Virus record (IMG/VR): IMGVR_UViG_3300031786_000036
Location: 1-26,902 of that record
Source of the DNA: a virus
Lineage: Duplodnaviria; Caudoviricetes
Length of the DNA: 26,902 nt
Strand: one strand, 5' to 3'
Position numbers and translations under genes: made by a program. Shown here piece by piece: positions 25,811 to 26,902 of this stretch (position 1 is its first letter; every line of letters starts with the position of its first letter). Under the pieces are notes generated by a model. The model did no database searches, was not told the origin of the DNA, and saw nothing but the letters and a program-made list of their open reading frames with translations.

Positions 25811-26793
25811 TTAATATACCTTGCTTGAAATGGATCAGCATACGTTTGTATAGTGTCCATAATTTTTTTCATGTCATAAAGTTGACAAAACTTTAACAAT
25901 CGAATACCTACTTGGCTAACGTTTTTAGGCTCTCGAGTGTTTTCTTCAATTGTTTCCGTAATAAGTTTACGAATATCTTCAGGCTGTGCAGTAAGATCAA
26001 CTAGAGTAACATTTCGTTCATAATCATCTAATACACGATGTTCGGTACCTTCATGGTCGGTCCAACGTTGAAGCATCATGTTGTTCCACGCCCATCCTTT
26101 TTTACCTTTATCTTCGTAGGCTTCTGTTAGACCAACTTTATTCTTTGTACCTTTAGTGCGCACACCTGGGTAAGCACTAAAGACATTATCGCTACTGTCG
26201 CCACGCATACACTTCTCAAATAAGATCCATTGTGGATTAGGTGCAGGCACCGCTTCTTTAGTTTTCTTATCAACTACGCTTTTGCCTTTCTTATCAAAGA
26301 CACCTTCGTGTGTAGTTAGTGTATCTGCTACACCATTATATTGTTTGACATTGGGTGCAATCAGCTGATGAAAGTCGCTGTCTGTCGAAATGATCACATG
26401 ATCATCGTTAGGGTGCATTTGGATGAAGCCTGCGATTAAATCATCTGCTTCTAGTTGCTTATGTTGTAAGACTGTGCAGTTAGTCTTAGTTTCAACAAAC
26501 TCTTTAAACGCATCAAACGTTTCCCAGAACAGTTTATCTTCTTCTTGTTCTTTAACAGTCATTGCCGCACGAGTTTCTGCACGATTGGCTTTGTAGGGCT
26601 TGTAGAAATCTTTGCGCCAGCTACGACCTTCTAAACAGAATACTACGTGAGTACCGCCAAAGTCATTCCACGCTTTTTTAATACTGTTAAAAGTAATGTG
26701 AAGGGCCATGCCTAGTTTGATGTCAGCGTCACCGCGAACAACGTGTCTAGCACGGAAGAATGTATTAGCAGTATCGACTAAAATGTATGTCAT
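25807..26793 (-). CDS. rnh: 5'-3' exonuclease / flap endonuclease (T4 RNase H-like)
   Basis: ILVDTAN, SWRK...YKANR, LEADD, STDSDFHQL, GDSSDNV...PGV: the FEN/5'-nuclease acidic motifs. Confidence 0.88.
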   Translation of the reverse strand: MTYILVDTANTFFRARHVVRGDADIKLGMALHITFNSIKKAWNDFGGTHVVFCLEGRSWRKDFYKPYKANRAETRAAMTVKEQEEDKLFWETFDAFKEFVETKTNCTVLQHKQLEADDLIAGFIQMHPNDDHVIISTDSDFHQLIAPNVKQYNGVADTLTTHEGVFDKKGKSVVDKKTKEAVPAPNPQWILFEKCMRGDSSDNVFSAYPGVRTKGTKNKVGLTEAYEDKGKKGWAWNNMMLQRWTDHEGTEHRVLDDYERNVTLVDLTAQPEDIRKLITETIEENTREPKNVSQVGIRLLKFCQLYDMKKIMDTIQTYADPFQARYIK

Positions 26794-26900
26794 GAAACTT
26801 CTGATTTGCCTTTTGCAATAGGAACTACATTAATATAGCCCGCCGGTCTAGCTGGATCAAGTCCTGCTTCTGCAAGCATGTTACTTGCCAAATCTCTAAA
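26790..26900 (-). CDS. 3' end of a hypothetical protein (truncated by the window edge)
   Basis: Open frame FRDLASNMLAEAGLDPARPAGYINVVPIAKGKSEVS*, whose TGA overlaps the ATG of the exonuclease gene. Not in the supplied ORF track. Confidence 0.6.
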   Translation of the reverse strand, partial: FRDLASNMLAEAGLDPARPAGYINVVPIAKGKSEVS

Positions 26901-26902
26901 CC

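Noticed and set aside
1-26902. Stop-codon reassignment (no called gene ends in TAG)
   Set aside because: Genes are full length and tightly packed under code 11 with no TAG-fragmented frames, so this is TAG avoidance only.
1-26902. tRNA, CRISPR array, integrase/transposase, diversity-generating retroelement
   Set aside because: No cloverleaf, regularly spaced repeat-spacer array, recombinase or reverse transcriptase motifs were seen by eye, and the intergenic gaps are too short.

Overview
This AT-rich, gene-dense window is most consistent with a large tailed dsDNA phage (T4-like or jumbo-type myovirus; an inference from gene content, host unknown). It uses the standard genetic code. The left arm (+ strand, 1-19754) starts with three Ser/Thr/Gly-rich virion or tail-fibre-type genes. 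These are followed by a tightly coupled ~16 kb operon of modifying enzymes: four GT-A glycosyltransferases in two paralog pairs, a SAM methyltransferase, five radical SAM enzymes with auxiliary Cys domains, a probable Fe(II)/2OG oxygenase, a nitroreductase-fold protein interrupted by a ~155 aa KCxRD helical domain, a short SDR and three tandem GDS/SGNH-like paralogs. The right arm (- strand, 19751-26902) carries thyX, several small hypothetical genes, a VWA/HEXXH metallopeptidase with a MoxR-like AAA+ ATPase (each behind its own near-consensus sigma70 promoter) and a T4 RNase H/FEN-type 5'-3' exonuclease. The best candidate for an undescribed system is the tail-fibre-linked glycosylation/radical SAM operon with its variable low-GC core. 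All functional calls come from motifs read by eye; no searches were run.
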